Origin: the human T2T-CHM13v2.0 reference genome, Homo sapiens
DNA: 64,000 nucleotides
Strand: one strand, 5' to 3'
NCBI RefSeq assembly: GCF_009914755.1
Contig: NC_060927.1
Positions 1 through 15,459 of this stretch are shown here, piece after piece; position 1 is the stretch's first letter, and each line of letters opens with the position of its first letter. The notes under the pieces were generated by a model, which had not been told where the DNA came from, made no database searches, and saw nothing but the letters and a program-made list of their open reading frames with translations. The translations under genes were made by a program, and so were the position numbers.

Positions 1-53
1 AGGTTACAGCAACTCTACAAGAATGGGCAAGTTTGTGGAAACAGTTGTATGTG
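1..53 (+). CDS. DOCK3: 3' part of a DOCK3 coding exon (probably exon 5), truncated by the window start
   Basis: Frame from base 3 reads GTT ACA GCA ACT CTA CAA GAA TGG GCA AGT TTG TGG AAA CAG TTG TAT GTG = (E)VTATLQEWASLWKQLYV. This matches the DOCK3 segment after the SH3 domain as I recall it (DOCK1 paralog EVTTTLREWSTIWRQLYV). It ends in phase 0 at GTAAGT. Exon number is from memory. Confidence 0.9.
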
Positions 54-59
54 GTAAGT
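54..59 (+). promoter_or_regulatory. DOCK3: 5' splice donor (GTG|GTAAGT)
   Basis: Consensus GTAAGT directly after the last codon. Confidence 0.92.
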
Positions 60-521
60 AGTTGATTACTGGTTTATTGGATCATTAAAGTTTAGTGTAC
101 CAAGTAAAAATATTAAACTATGCTAAGTATGCATTTTAGATTTCTGAATATTTGCAGTTTATCAAACATATGTTCTTAATATTTACTGAAACATAGCAGA
201 CTGAGTTTTTTCAACCTGAGGAGAACACATTATTATTCATATGCCTGTAGTTTCTCTCCTCCAGTCACTGGAATATGTTACATAACACCAGGGATCTTAG
301 CTGTCTTACTCATTGTTGTGTCCCCAGATGCTTTATAAAACAGATATTTACAGAACAAATGAACCAACTTGAGACTTACTTATTTTTATCTTTTGTGAAC
401 CCAGTGGTGGGTATAAAGGCCGATAAATTGTGTTAACAGTTTTTAACAGCTACTAAGCTTCAAGGATATGTCATATCTGACACTTTGCTGGCCCAAAAAA
501 TTAATAGAAAATCTAATAAAA

Positions 522-727
522 GCCAGGCATGATGGCTCACACCTGTAATCCCAGTGCTTTGGGAAGCTGAGGCAGGAGGACTGCTTAAGGCCAGGAGTTT
601 GAAACCACCGTGGGGGCCACCATCTCTGCACAAAATAAAAAATTTAGTTGGGTGTGGTGGTGTGTGCCTGTAGTCCTAGCTACTTGGGAGGCTAAAGAGT
701 GAGACCTTGTCTCTTAAAAAAAAAAAA
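522..727 (+). mobile_element. AluJ-type element with most of the right arm deleted
   Basis: GCCAGGCATGATGGCTCACACCTGTAATCCCAG start, middle A-rich linker, jump from GGAGGCT to AGAGTGAGACC, then poly(A). Confidence 0.85.
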
Positions 728-2970
728 GTAATAGTAACCTAATAAAAAAAGTAATAAACTTCTCAGGAAACTTAGAAAGTAGAGAGTGATAAGATGTAGA
801 AATAATCATAATATCTACACTAAAAGTAAGTGACAGGGTTTGGGCTCTGGACGATATGGAGTAAACACATTTTACTTTACTTCTACTAATCACAACAAAA
901 AGCCCTGGGTAAAACACATAATTCACCTACTGGAAAACTCTGAAAGTCAGAAAAAAGAGAATGAACTACCAAGGGATTTGGGGGCTCAAGGATCAAATGA
1001 ATTCTCTCTCTCTCTCTTTTTTTCTCCTTTCTGTACCTTCATATATCCTGACCTGGTCTCTAGAGAGGCACACAACTTGGAAATGCTAGTGGGTAGAAAC
1101 CAACAAACAAAAGAAAATTAGTGCCAAGGAAAGCCTGTTCTCTCTAGCCAAAGGATAGCCCCAAAAGACAGAAACTTTTAGTAATACTTTACTGTTCTCT
1201 AAGAGAACAGCACAATAAAAGCTGTATTTCTCTCCTACCCTAACAGGCATTTCAGCAGTGGAATCCATAACCAGTACTGTTTTATACATACATCCTCCCC
1301 CTCCTACAGTAACAAGGGGATGCCCCTCTCCAGTGGAGTCTGTAGAATGAACTGGAAAAATCTGGAAAAATGTAGGGGTGGGTGGCAGGGAGGAACCCAG
1401 AAAATTAAACTTTCACCCCCTACCCTATAGTAATGAAGTGGTGCCCCACCTCAGTGGAATATGAAGTAAGGAGGAGGTAACTTTCCATGGAGAAACCTGT
1501 GGTTGGAACTCTTGATTTCTACTTTCCTTGTTGTACTCTCCCCAGCTGAGCCTGTGGGAAGACTCTGACTTCCACCCTCCCTTCCCCGCTGCATTGGTGA
1601 GGCAGACCCTGTGGGATAGTACCCTGTCTTCCATCCTTGCCCTGCTAAAATGAGGCAGTGCTTGTCCCCACCCAAACTCAAACTGAGGAGATAGTAGGGT
1701 GAAGTTACGTCATCTACATAACACAAATGAGGGAAATCAGAAAAGCACTGCAGAGATTTTTGTAACTGGATTGATGTTCAACCACAGCCCATAAAGATGA
1801 GAAGGTTGCAGTTTTAAGCAGGTTGACTACTTGCTAAAATAGATGATTTAAATAGGAACCGGAGTGTCATAGTATAATAATGTTCAGGATATGGCCCAAA
1901 ATTACTTGTCATATGAAAAATCAGGAAAATAGAAACTCAACAGATGCCAATATTGAGATGACACAGATGTGGAATGATTGACAAAGACTTTTAAACAGCT
2001 TTTGTAAAAATGCTTCAACAAGCAATTACAAACACTCTTGAAACAAACAAAAACATAGACGACCTTAGGAACAAAGTAGAAACTATAAAGAACCAAATGA
2101 AAATGATAGAACTGAAATCTATAATAACCAAAATTAAAAAAATATTATATGGGCTCAATAGCAGCCTATAGAAATTATAGAGAAATGAACAGGTCAATTT
2201 GAAGATAGCTCACTAGAAATTCTCCAATACAAATAATGGAGAGAAAAATAGAAAAAATGAGCTCTGCTTCCAGAGACCTGTGGAACAATAACGTAAGATG
2301 TAACACTGTAGCCTCAGAATACTAGATAGAGAGGACAGGATGTGGAGCCAAAAAAAAAATTTTTTTTTTTTTAAGAAATAATGGCTGAAATTTTCCAGTT
2401 TGGCGGAAGACATAAGTGTTTTACATTCGGGAAGCTTAGTGAACTCCAAATGGGAAAACCCCAAAGAAATCTATACTCAGACACATCATAGTCCAAATTC
2501 TGAAAATTAAAGCCAAAGAAGAAATCTTGAAGGTAGCTAGAGGACATTAACACATTAGCTGTGTCAGCAATTTGAGTAACAGGTTTCTCATCAGAAAGTA
2601 TGGCAGACAGGAAGTATCCCATCATTTTTCAACTGCTTAAAGAAAAAAACAAAACAGATTACCCTGAATTGTGTATGCAGCAAAAATATGCTTCAAGAAT
2701 GAAGGGATAATCAACCCATATCAGAAGGAGGAAAGCTAAGAAAATTTGTTGACAGCAGATTGGTTCTAAAAGAATGACTATAAAGGAAGTTGTTCAGAAA
2801 GAAAGGGAGTGATAACAGGATGCTTGGAACATTAGGAATGAAGAAAGCAATGGAAAGGGTAGATTAATTATCTCTTCTGTTTTTAAAATTATGTTTGATA
2901 ATACAAAGCAAAAATTATAATGTTGATACAGTTCTCAGTGTATGTTGAATTAATATTTAAGAAAACTGTT

Positions 2971-3273
2971 GGCTGGGTGTGGTGGCTCATGCCTGTAATC
3001 CCAGCACTTTGGGAGGCCGAGGTGGGTAGATCACCTGAGGTCAGGAGTTTAAGACTAGCCTGGCCAATGTGGTGAAACCCTGTCTCTACTAAAAATAGAA
3101 AAATTAGCTAGACATGGTGGTGCATGCTTGTATTCCCAGCTACATGGGAGGCTGAAACAGGAGTATCACTTGAACCTGGGAGGCGGAGGTTTCAGTAAGC
3201 CAAGATTGTGCCATTGCACTCCAGCCTGGGCGATGAGAGCAAAACTCCATCTAAAAAAAAAAAAAAAAAAAAA
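2971..3273 (+). mobile_element. AluS (Sx-like), full length
   Basis: Dimeric Alu with GATCACCTGAGGTCAGGAG and a poly(A) tail. Confidence 0.92.
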
Positions 3274-3349
3274 ATTTATAAAGTGGAGAGGGAAAAGGAC
3301 ATAAATTATAATAGGGTAACTACATTCCATTTTAAGTATTAAAACATTC

Positions 3350-3682
<333 letters not shown>

Positions 3683-6030
3683 CTACATATGTATATTGCA
3701 ATCTCTAGAGCAATCATTAAAATATTAAAGTGATATAATAAAAAGTACTGTAAAATCAAAATAGAACACTAAAAATGTTAAAGTAACCTACAGAAAAATA
3801 AGAAAGGGGAAATAGAGGCAGGTAAAATAGAGGGAGCAAACACAAAAGTAAATACCAAAATGGCAGACTTAAATCCTAATATATGAGTGATTACAAGATA
3901 GAGTTTAGCAGAATTGTACAATTAAAAAAAAACTATATGTTGTTTATATGAAACTCACTTCAAACTCACTTGTCTATATGATGATGTAGGGAGGCTAAAG
4001 GTTACAGATAGAAAAATATATACTATGCAAACATTAATAGAAGAAAAACAGGGTAATTATGTTAATAACATGTCATTATATTATGAATACTTTTTCCTTA
4101 AATAAATATTAATTATACTAATATCAGAAAAATTCAATATCAGAGCAAAGAAAACTACCAGGGAAAAAGGGACATTATAAAATGATAGAAGGATCAGTTC
4201 ACTGGGAAGACAAAATAATCTTAATCTAACAGAGGTGCAAAATAAATAAAGCAAAACCTGAAAGAACTGAATGGAGAAAAGAGAAAAAAGTCACTGTTAT
4301 GGTTGGGGATTAATAACGCATTCTCTTAGTAATCCGTATAACCACTAGGCAATAGTCATCAGGAATAGAGAAGAACTGAACAGTGCAATCAACCATAGGC
4401 TCTAATTGAAATTTATAGAATACTTAATAAAATCAGGATACAGATTCTTTTCAGTCAAACATGTTCATTCACCAAGATAGACAATATCTTAGTTCATAGA
4501 ACAAATTCGACAAGTTTGTAATAATTGAAGTCATACAAAGGATATTCTAACCATAATGGAAACAAATTAAAAATCACTAACAAGAAAAAAAGAAAACAAG
4601 AAAACCTGAAAAATTAACCCACTACTAAATGATCTGTGTCAAAGAGGAAACTGTAAGAGAAATAAAAGCTATATCAAAATGAATTTAAATGAAAATATAT
4701 TAAAATTTGTGGGATACTGCAAAAGCATTGTTGAAAGGGAAATGTATGCTTTAAGTCCTAATAATAGGAAAAAAAGCAAGGTTTCAAATCAATGATTGCA
4801 GCTCCTGCTCTACTGTAAGAAACTAAAAAAGGACTCCAGCCTGGACATCACAGTGAGACTCTGTAAAAAAAAAATAATAATAATAATCCAAAGCAAGCAG
4901 AATGAAGGAAAAAATGAAGAGCAGAAATTAATGAAATTTAAAAAATAGAAAAGCAATAGGGAAAATCAAAGCAAAAACTGGTTTATAAAAGATTAATAAA
5001 ATTGATAAACACCTACCAAAACTGAAAAAGAAAATGAGGGAAAATACTAATTACCAATTTATCAAGAGTAAAGAAAGAGATATCACCACAGACATTAAGC
5101 AGGCAAAAAGAAAATACTGTAAACAACTTTACATACATGATAGTTTAAGATGAATAGGTCAAATTCTAGAAAACCATAAATTGTCAAAACTCACCCAAGA
5201 CAAAATAGATAATCTGAAAATCCTGCAACTGTTAACATAATTGAATTTATAATTAAAATCCTTCCAAAAAGAACTATCCAGGCAAATAAATAACACTAGT
5301 TTTATACAGAGTCTTCTAGAAAATGGATGAGGAGGGAATACTTCCTAATTCATCTTATGAGGCTGCTATTACCTTGATATCAAAATTAGACAAAGACAGT
5401 ACAAAAAGAAAAAAATCTAGAGTATCTCTTATGTTTGTGACTATAGACACAAACATCCTCAATAAGGTATTAACAACTTGATCAGTATATAAAAATAATA
5501 ATATACCATGGCCAGTGGGGTTTATTCTGGTAATACAAGGATGGTTCAGTATTTGAAAATCAATTAGTATAATCCATTATATTAACATTCTAAAGAAGAA
5601 AAACCACTTGATGACATTAGTTGATTCAGGAAAGTATTTTAGAAAATTCAGCACCCATTCATGATAACAACTCTCAGTAAACTAGCAGTAGAAGCAAACT
5701 TCCTCAGCTTGATAAAGGATATTTATAAAAACCCACAGCAAATGTGGTAATGATGATAGACAGTCTGCTTTTGTGAACAAGGCAAGGATGTTAGCTCTCA
5801 ACACTCCTATCAACACAATATTAGAAGATTTAACCAATGGAGTAAAGCAAGAAAACGAGAGATATACAGATAGAAAGGAATAAATAAAACTCTTCCTGTT
5901 TGCAGATTATATGGTTGGCTGCATAGGAGATCTCAAGGAATCAACAAACAAGAAGACACTAGAGTTTGAAAAGAAACCTTTTAGAATTAATAAACAAGTT
6001 TGTGGTTGCAGATATCCAAACACATACCCA

Positions 6031-6088
6031 CAGACACACACATACACACACAAACACACACACATACACACACAAACACACACACACA
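6031..6088. repeat. Imperfect (CA)n microsatellite
   Basis: cagacacacacatacacacacaaacacacacac... Confidence 0.9.
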
Positions 6089-6173
6089 TTCATATTTCCA
6101 CAAATAACAATGAATAATTGAAAACTAAAATTTAGAACACAGTACCATTTATTAGTTGCTCAAGAAAAAATGA

Positions 6174-6304
6174 GGCCAGGCACAGTGTCTCATGCTTGTC
6201 AGTACTTTGGGAGGCTGAGGCAGGAAGACTGCTTGAGCCCAGGAGTTTGAGATCAGCCTGGGCAACATAGCAAGATCCCATTTCTACCAAAAAAAAAAAA
6301 AAAA
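6174..6304 (+). mobile_element. FLAM-like free left Alu monomer
   Basis: Single monomer with GCTTGAGCCCAGGAGTTTGAG...GGGCAACATAGCAAGA, then poly(A). Confidence 0.8.
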
Positions 6305-8189
6305 GGAAGAAGGAAAACAAAGAAACACTTGGGCATAAATCCAACAGAACATGCACAAGATCTGTATATTGAAAACTGCAAAATGCTAATTAAAAAAGAC
6401 CTAAGTAATGGAGAGGCAGTATGCTCACGGATTAGAAAAGACATATTAAAAATATTTGTTCTATCCAGACTGTTGATCTGTATATTTAATGTAATTCCTA
6501 AAACATTCCTGGCAGGATTCTTTTAGATATAGACAAGCTGATTCTAAAATTTATAGGGAAAGTTGAAATTATTTTTTTAAATTAAAAATAAAATTTCTAG
6601 GGGAATGCAAAAGAACTAAAACGGTTAAACAATTTTGAAAAGAATAATAAAGTTGGAAGAATCACTCGATCTAATTTTAACACTTACTGTACAGTAATCA
6701 AGGCAGAGTGGTACTGGCAGAGGGATAGACACTTAAAGGGACCAAGATAGAGCCTGAGATGTAGATTCACACAGGTATGCACAACTGATTTTTGACAAAG
6801 GTACAAAAGCAGTTAAGTAGAGGAACGATAGTCTTTTCAGCAAATGGTGTTGGAATAGTTGGATATTCATAGGCAAAAGGAAAAAAAAACCCTGCCTAAG
6901 TATCATCCTTTTTATAAAAAGTTAACTCAAGATGGATTATAGGCTCAAATGTAACATGTAAAACTAAAACTTTCGGAAGAAAATTTTAGGAGAAAACGTT
7001 CATGACCTAGTCTTAAGTGGAGACATGACACTAAAGGAAATGATCCATAGAGTAAAAAGGCAATACATTGGACTTCTATCAAAACCAAAATTTTTGTTCT
7101 TGAATGACCCTGTTAAAAGGATGAAAAGGTAAGCCATATACTGGAAGAAAATATTTGAAAATTATATATCCATCAAAAGATTTGTATCTGGAATATTTAT
7201 GGAACTCTGTAAATGGAACAGCAATACAACAACTCAGTTGTTGTTGTTGGGCAAAATACTTGAATAGGGACAAGGAGGATATGTGGCTAGCCAGTAAGCA
7301 CATGAAAAGATTTTTCTACATCATTAGCCAATAGAGTAATGCAAATAATTGCTACAATGAGATACTAATATATACCTGTTAGAATGACTGAAATAAAAAT
7401 TACTGCTAATACCAAGTGATGCCAAGGATGTGGATCTGCATCTCTCATACATTGCTGGTTAGAATGTAAAATGGCACACCCACTTGGAGAAAAATTTGGA
7501 CTTTTCTTATAAAGTTAAACATATACTTAATATATGACCCAGCCATCACATTCCTGTGTTTTTACCCTACAGAAGTGAAAGCTTCTGTTCACATAATAGC
7601 TTTTACATGGATGTTTATAAAAAGCTTTATTTCTAATAGCATAAACTGGAAGCAATCCAAATATCCTTCAGTAGGTGCATAGAAGAAAAAACTGTGGACT
7701 ACTACTCAGAAACAAAAAGGAGTAAATGATTAATACATCCAGCAACTTAGAGTGATTGATCTCAAGGGCATGATGCTACTTAAAAAAATGTACCTTCAAA
7801 GGGTTGCATACTCTATGATTCCATTTATATGACATTCTCATAGTGACAAAATTATAGCAATTAAGACAGATTTGTGTTTGCCAAGAGCTAAGGTTGAGGT
7901 CAGAGTGTGACTGTTAAGGCTTAATATGAGAGAGTGTCTTTATGGTGATGGCACAGTTCTGAGTTCTGATTGTGGTGATAGCTATTTGAATTTACACATG
8001 TGGTTTCTTTGTAATGGAGTTAATAATATTGTAACAATGTCAGTTTCTTGGTTTTGACAGTGTACTGTGGTTATATAAGATCTTATCAATGGATGAAGCT
8101 GGGTAAATGGTATATGGAATTCTCTGTATGTTTTTGGCAAGTCCTGGTGAATATCAGAGTCATACACACCAGAGGTTTAAAAAGGAATG

Positions 8190-9025
8190 TTTGCCAGTTA
8201 TTCAGTAATTTAGGACAAAAATTGTCAATATGATTGACATTTTCTTCCTGATATCACATTCCATATGAACAAAGTTAAATTTTAAGCTTCATAGAAACAA
8301 ATAGCTTATTTGTGACATAGATGGTCACAAAAATTTTTGTTAAAACTAAAATATTTTACTAATAAAAACAATAATGGTTTTAGACATTTTTAGCATCAAT
8401 TATGCTATTATGCTATTATGAATAGCTATTATGCTATGCTATTATTTATGCATGAGATTTTAATTATTATTGGCAGTGTTAACTAAATTGACTCCAAAAA
8501 CAGTAATGTAAATTTGAAGAATCCTTTTTGGTATTAATGTATACAGTACATTTTTGGATTTGATGTTAATGCTACAGAGTTAACATAAGAGGGTCTGAAT
8601 TTACTTAACTTGGCTGTAGTTTAGAAACTGATAACTGCAGAATCAATAACTGATTACTCTAAAGTCAAATAAATTATTCTAAAAGAGATTAACTAATTTT
8701 GTTACTGTGAATGTGAATATTAAAGGAGAAGCAATTTTTTTTTGCTTTTGGAAAGCTTTTAGGTATGTTTCAAATAACTTTCATATGTTAGTCTACTTTT
8801 TCAACTACAAATTTTTTGAAATCTAAACATAGATCAAATATTTGTGATGAAAATTTAGCATTTGAAGTGAGATGTGCTGTAAGTATAAAATACATGCTGG
8901 AGTTTTGAGACTTAGTACAAGGAAATGAGTGGAAAATATTCCATTAATAATTTGTTATGTTGATTATATGTGGAAATGGTGATATTTTGTATATATTAGG
9001 TACATAAAATGTATCAGTAACATTT
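8190..9025. mobile_element. Charlie5/MER33-related hAT DNA transposon fragment
   Basis: 8865-9025 matches the reverse complement of MER33 (TGAGATGTGCTGTAAGTATAAAATACA...GACTTAGTA). The extension to the left is less certain. Confidence 0.6.
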
Positions 9026-9144
9026 AAGAAACATGCTGTATGTTAAGAACATACTTAACTGTTTAGCCCATAAAGGAAAATAATTTCTAAAAATTAGAAT
9101 AAATAAAATCCCTAGGGGAAGGTATTTAGCAACTTAAAAAAATA

Positions 9145-9266
9145 ATGCTAAAGGTGAAAGTATGGGGATCATTAAAAGATTAGTGGTTACCAGGGGTTGG
9201 TGGGTAAATGGGAATGGATGAATAGGCAGACCACAGAGGATTTTTAGGGCAGTGAAAGTACTCTGG
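9145..9266 (+). mobile_element. L1MC/L1MD 3' UTR fragment
   Basis: AAAAGATTAGTGGTTACCAGGGG...GATGAATAGGCAGACCACAGAGGATTTTTAGGGCAGTGAAA. Confidence 0.7.
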
Positions 9267-9819
9267 TGAATCTCTGTTTTGTAAATATCTACATTGATGC
9301 ACTGTTTGCAGTAGCAAAAATAAATTTTGTTTCTCTAAATATTAAAGCTATGGTCCAATTAAGACATTGACGATTAGTGCTTACATGTGAAGAGCCATTA
9401 AAAAAATTTAAATAGTACGTTATATAATAAAGTGAAAATTTATGTACAGATTATATGTAAAGTATAATTTTACCTGTATTCTGAAAACATATTTGGAAAA
9501 TGATTAAGACAATGTACCAAAATATTAATGGAGATTACTTAAGGGGCTAAGGTGTTAGATGTTTTCTTTTTCTTATCTATTTTCAAAGTTCTCAGTTGTG
9601 AATATATATTATTTTAATTGTTATGAAAAATAAAACTTTTATTTAAATAACGAACACAGTGGATGATACTGTAGAAACATATAATCAGTATTAAGTGGTT
9701 AAGTAGTGTATACAAGTGTTTAAGGTAAGGGATTATACTACTTAATTTGCTACGTTTACCTTTTATCACATTATCAGCAAGTGTTTATTCAATTCTTTGG
9801 TGGTTTTGTGGACTAGAAG

Positions 9820-9985
9820 AGGGCTTTAGATCTGGGCTGGAATCTGGGTCTATCCACTTCTATGATAGGCTCATTATTAGGTGTTAGTTTCTTATGCTAT
9901 AAATGGATGTTATAAACTTATTTCAAAGAGTTGTTAGAGATGAAATGAAAAAACATATAAATCTTCAAGTGGTCAATGAATATGT
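9820..9985 (+). mobile_element. MIR fragment
   Basis: Degenerate core AGTTTCTTATGCTATAAATGG...AGAGTTGTTAGAGATGAAATGA. Confidence 0.5.
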
Positions 9986-10673
9986 GTTGCATTATTCTGT
10001 TTTTGATATGAATTATATGTCTCTCCAGATATGCATAATTGATCTCTATTTGCTGATATAGGTGATATTTAGCATGTTAGCAGTTCCATTCACTTAAGCT
10101 TCTCTGTATATAGAAATAAATGGACACAATGAAATGGACTTCATTTGTATAATGGGATGTTTGGAAAAGAGTGTATTATATGTATTTAAAGCAGAATAGA
10201 AAAACCCCATTCCACTGAGGCAGTTAAAACCATAATCTCTGTATCCAGTAATCTTGTTTTGATGAAAAACAGATTATCTGAGAACCATCATTTGTGGAAA
10301 ATGTTGACTTTGTATTATGCATTCCTGTCAGAATGAGATTTGTCATTAGAGATTGAACTCCTTGTTCTCCTTGTTCCCTCTTCTCAATACTGCACTTGAC
10401 TGGTCTTATAAAAAAGTAAAAGATTGTCATATTTTAAATAGTTATTTATGTTTCACATACTATTTTTTAAAAGCCAAAAGCACACTGGAGGTCATGCAAA
10501 GAAGTTATATTTTTCCCTGTGCCAAGATAGTAATTAAGGCCAAGTACTAATGTAAGCTAGAAAAGGAATTTATTACCCAGAATCATCTTTATTCTTCATT
10601 TTTAGAGTTATTGTGGCAATAAGAAAAAGGGAATTTTCCAGCAACTAGGAAATCTTCATCAAAAAGCTTTGTA

Positions 10674-10997
<324 letters not shown>

Positions 10998-11774
10998 AAA
11001 AAAGCTTTGTAGTTGTTTCCTATCAACTTAAACATGGCATTTTCTGTGAGAGAATTTAACATTCAACTAGAGTATCCTGTTAAGATGACATTTAATAAGA
11101 TAAGGATAAACTAAAAGGTAAAGGTATGTGTGTTTGCATTAATTTTGACTGTGAATTTTTCCTCAAGTATACAACTGAAGCGTTTTATAATTGTAGATAA
11201 ATTGCTTCAGTCATTTTGTGTGTACTACTGTAGGGTGACAATATTATTAGAATTTTTGCTTTCCTATTAAAAATTCACCTTTATTTAAGTGGGTATGTAT
11301 GATGAAGTTTACCATATAGTTTGTTTTTTGTAATGAAACATACTTTAATATAATACTTTAGTATTTAGTATAATACTTTAGTATTTTCATTTTATAGGAA
11401 GAGATTAAACACTCTACTAGGGCATAGTTACTGAAGATGACATGCTTTGTAACAGTTCTATTTTGTATTAATATAAGAGATTATGTTTTATTTTTTAAAG
11501 AGTCTCTAAGAAATGAACAATTTCTAGATTTTATGAGAAACAAGACACAGTTCTCTGAATTCTGCTGTATAATCCCTTCCTTTAAATCCCTGGAAGATTA
11601 AATTTGCAAATGGAAGATGGCATAGCACGTTGAGACCCCTCATAACAGAATATGCAAAATTCCATTATTCATTTTTATGGTTATCCCAAGAATATTGATT
11701 TGTTAAAGATTAAGAACATACATTTTTGCACCTTTATATATTCAGATTATGTATAAGAGGAATTTAGGGGAATA

Positions 11775-12160
11775 TCATATAGTGGCTAAGTGCACAGGCT
11801 TTGGAAACAGATTTCCTGAATTCAGATTCAAATGTCACAATTTGCTAGCTGCATGATTTTGAGCACTTTAGCTTCACTGTAGGGGATAATGGGACCCACA
11901 TTCCAGGGTTGTCATGTTGTTTAAATGATATAAAAAGTTTAGGGCCAGTGTAGTGGCTCATTTCTGTAATCCCAGCTACTTGGGAAGCTGAGGCAGGAAG
12001 ATCATTTGAGCCCAGGAGTTTAAGGCTGCTGTGAGCTATGATTGAGCTACTTTGCTCCAGCTCTGGGCAATAGAGTGAAACCCCATCTCTTAAAAAAAAA
12101 AAAAAAAAAAAAAAAGGCTTATAACTGTGCCTTGTGCATTTTCAGTGATTAAATGCTTAC
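11775..12160 (+). mobile_element. MIR split by an Alu monomer
   Basis: AGTGGCTAAGTGCACAGGCTTTGG...CAGGGTTGTCATGTTGTTTAAATGA, resuming after 12115 with GCTTATAACTGTGCCT. Confidence 0.65.
11943..12115 (+). mobile_element. FRAM/FAM-like Alu monomer
   Basis: Right-arm-type monomer (GAGCCCAGGAGTTTAAGGCTGCTGTGAGCTATGAT) with poly(A). Confidence 0.8.
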
Positions 12161-12502
12161 TCATATTTGACTTTTGTTGCTATTTCATAGGAATGGGTAT
12201 TTACTGTTGTAGGAGTCTGTTACTGAAGAAGGGCTTTGACCTGCTTTAGCCCTACTATTTTTCAAATATATACTAGTTCCCTATCTTACCCCACCCTCAA
12301 CTTTTTAATCTTTGGAAGATAATGCCCGTTTTTTGCTGCATTAAAGATATATTTTGTACATAACAAGATATGATAGTTTCAAAGATTTTTCTCTCAATGT
12401 AATTAAAATTAGTATTTTAACTATGTAAGGCTATCTTTTGTTTTTTGAAGATAACTTTTAGTGTATTTCATCTTAGCTAGGTTTACAATCTAAAAGTATA
12501 TT

Positions 12503-13038
12503 TTGGCAGACACCCTAGTGGCTATCCAGTATCCAGAATCTTCTTCCTTGTTAAAAGATCTCAGAACTGTTTAGGTAGGCAGTGTGTACAGCTAAAAAGT
12601 ATTCATCTTTCCTGACTCCCTTGAAGCTAGGGGAGGTTGTATGATACACTTCTGGCTATAAGAAATAAGAAGTAGTTTGTACAAGGGATTTCTGGAAATG
12701 CCATTGTTTTGCTTGTAGCAGACTGCATTGTCACAAGATTGTTTTCTTGTAACTGCATTAGCATGCTCATTAGCCCATCGTCCTTCATCCTTCTCTCTTT
12801 TTAGTTTTGGGTAAGCTTATGATGCAGTTGCTGTCTTATTACCAGGATATGACAACTACAAGGTTAAAAATTTTATTCCAGGGATGTCAGGATGCAACGA
12901 TGGAAGATGTCTAAAACTTTGTTCACATTGTACAGTCACTGTAAAAATCCTATTTAACTTCTAAACTTTTTATGTGAGAAAATAGTTAAATCCTGTTAAC
13001 AACAGGATAAAAAAACCAAACACAAACCTAATTGATCT
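12503..13038 (+). mobile_element. Old ERVL-class solo LTR (LTR33/LTR16-like)
   Basis: Motifs CTCCCTTGAAGCTAGGGG...TTCTGGC, TTATGTGAGAAAATA, and terminal AAACCTAATTGAT. Confidence 0.55.
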
Positions 13039-13790
13039 ATGAGATGTCACTGAGGAATAGTGAACTGACTCATTAAATGATTGATTCCCACTACTTTTAA
13101 TTTACTAGTTTTTTTTTATGTGATATAGTGAGCTTACCTTCACTACTGTCTGTATTGAAATAGAAATTGATTCTCAAATTATTTATATAAATATATGTTT
13201 TAAAATTGACTTTTTCTTCAAAATGTGATTTATTTTAATTTTGTAATATATAGCTTTCACACCAGACATAGTCAACTTATAATAGTTTGAAAGCATTTAG
13301 TCCCCAAGAAGACATGGTAACTACAGAAGAGATAACCTAAGTAGTCAAATTATTTAGAGTGATTATATGCCTTTTCTACTTGACTAGATTTTCAGTGTGA
13401 AGTAAATTTCCATTTCAGTTGAAAGCATTTGCAGGAGAAATAATTTATCAGGGTTCTTAGATTACTTTTATGTCATCATTGAGGAATTGCGTTAATACAA
13501 TAAGATAGCATCAGTATAGTTGTATGGGAACAAAATGTTAAAATTGGATTGTATCTCACATATTCACAAATCCTATTCTAGGCTCCTGAACTACTCCCAC
13601 TTTCCAAGCAAGATATGCTAATAAACTGAAACTTGTGTGGTTAGCATTAGGTCAGTTAATGAAATATGTGGAATATCTGCACACTAAAGGCTAGACAACA
13701 CTACTGAAAGAAATTTAAAAAGACCCGAAATAAATAGAGGAGATATGTCATGCTTATGGAGTGGAAGACTCAATATGGTTAAGATGTTAG

Positions 13791-14358
<568 letters not shown>

Positions 14359-14405
14359 TCTGCAGATATTTTTTGTGTGTAGAAATTGATGTTGAAGTTT
14401 TAATC

Positions 14406-14783
14406 TTTTTTTTTTTTTTTTTTTTTTAGTCAGAGTCTCGCTCTGACTCCCAGGCTGGAATGCAGTTGCAAAATCATAGCTCACTGTAAGCTCCAACTCC
14501 TGGACTCAAGAGATCCTCCCATTTCAGCCTCTTGAGTAGCTGGGACCGCCAAACCCGGCTCTTTTCTTTTCTTTTCTCTTCTTTTTCTTTTCTTTTCTCT
14601 TCTTTCTCTTTTCTTTTCTTTTCCTTTTCTTTTCTTTCCTCTTTGTTTCCTCTTTTATTTTTTTCTTGAGACCAAGTCTCACTATGTTGCTCAGGCTAGT
14701 CTCAAAACTGCTAGTTTCAAGTTATGTCCTGACTTGGACTCCCAAAGTGTTGGGATTACAGGCATGAGCCACCACGTCCAGCC
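14406..14783 (-). mobile_element. AluJ with an expanded (TTTTC)n middle linker
   Basis: J diagnostics ATCATAGCTCACTG and CACTATGTTGC. CT-rich tract at ~14561-14666. Confidence 0.85.
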
Positions 14784-15459
14784 TGATGAGTTGACTCTAA
14801 AATGTGTATGGAAAAAGTAAATGACTAGAAAAAACTCAGAAGAACAAAGCTGGAGGTCTTTGTGTATGTGATTTCAAGACTATAAAATATAGTAAGACTG
14901 TGGTATTAAAAGGATGGACATATAGATCAATGAAACAGAATAGAGACAATTCAGATATGGCTAATTTTAGGTAAAGGTGAGATGGCACTTAAATGAGGAA
15001 AAGGAAGTCTTTTTAACAAATGAGGGTAAATGAATATTCATATGGAGGAAAAAATGAACCCTGTTCCTTACCTTACACCATGTACTAGAACCAAAGGATT
15101 CCCTAACCTTAGGATAGGCTAGATTTCGTAGGACATCAGAAGCACAAACTATAAAAGAAAAAAGCTGACGTTTTGGACTCTATAAAAAAAAACTTGTTCT
15201 TTGGAATATACCACAGTGAAAGTGGACACTAATCCCAGAGTGGGAGAAAATATTTATGTTTCATATATCAGGAGTCACATCAAGAGAAAAGAACTCTTGA
15301 CTCTTAGAATTCAATAACAAAACAACCCAACAAAAGAAGGACAACGGATTTAAATAGACAGTTTATAGAAGAAGAAAAAATAATGACCAATGAAAAGATA
15401 CTCAGCATCATTAGTCATCAGGGAAATGCAAATTAAAAATTTATCCATTTCATTGTTGC

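Noticed and set aside
8398-8450. Short repeats such as (TATGCTAT)n, also at 11341-11387, as an array-type system
   Set aside because: These are simple slippage duplications with no repeat-spacer structure. Nothing CRISPR-like is present.
10259-10281. TGATGA...CTGA resembling C/D snoRNA boxes
   Set aside because: The boxes are only about 12 nt apart, far too close for a snoRNA.
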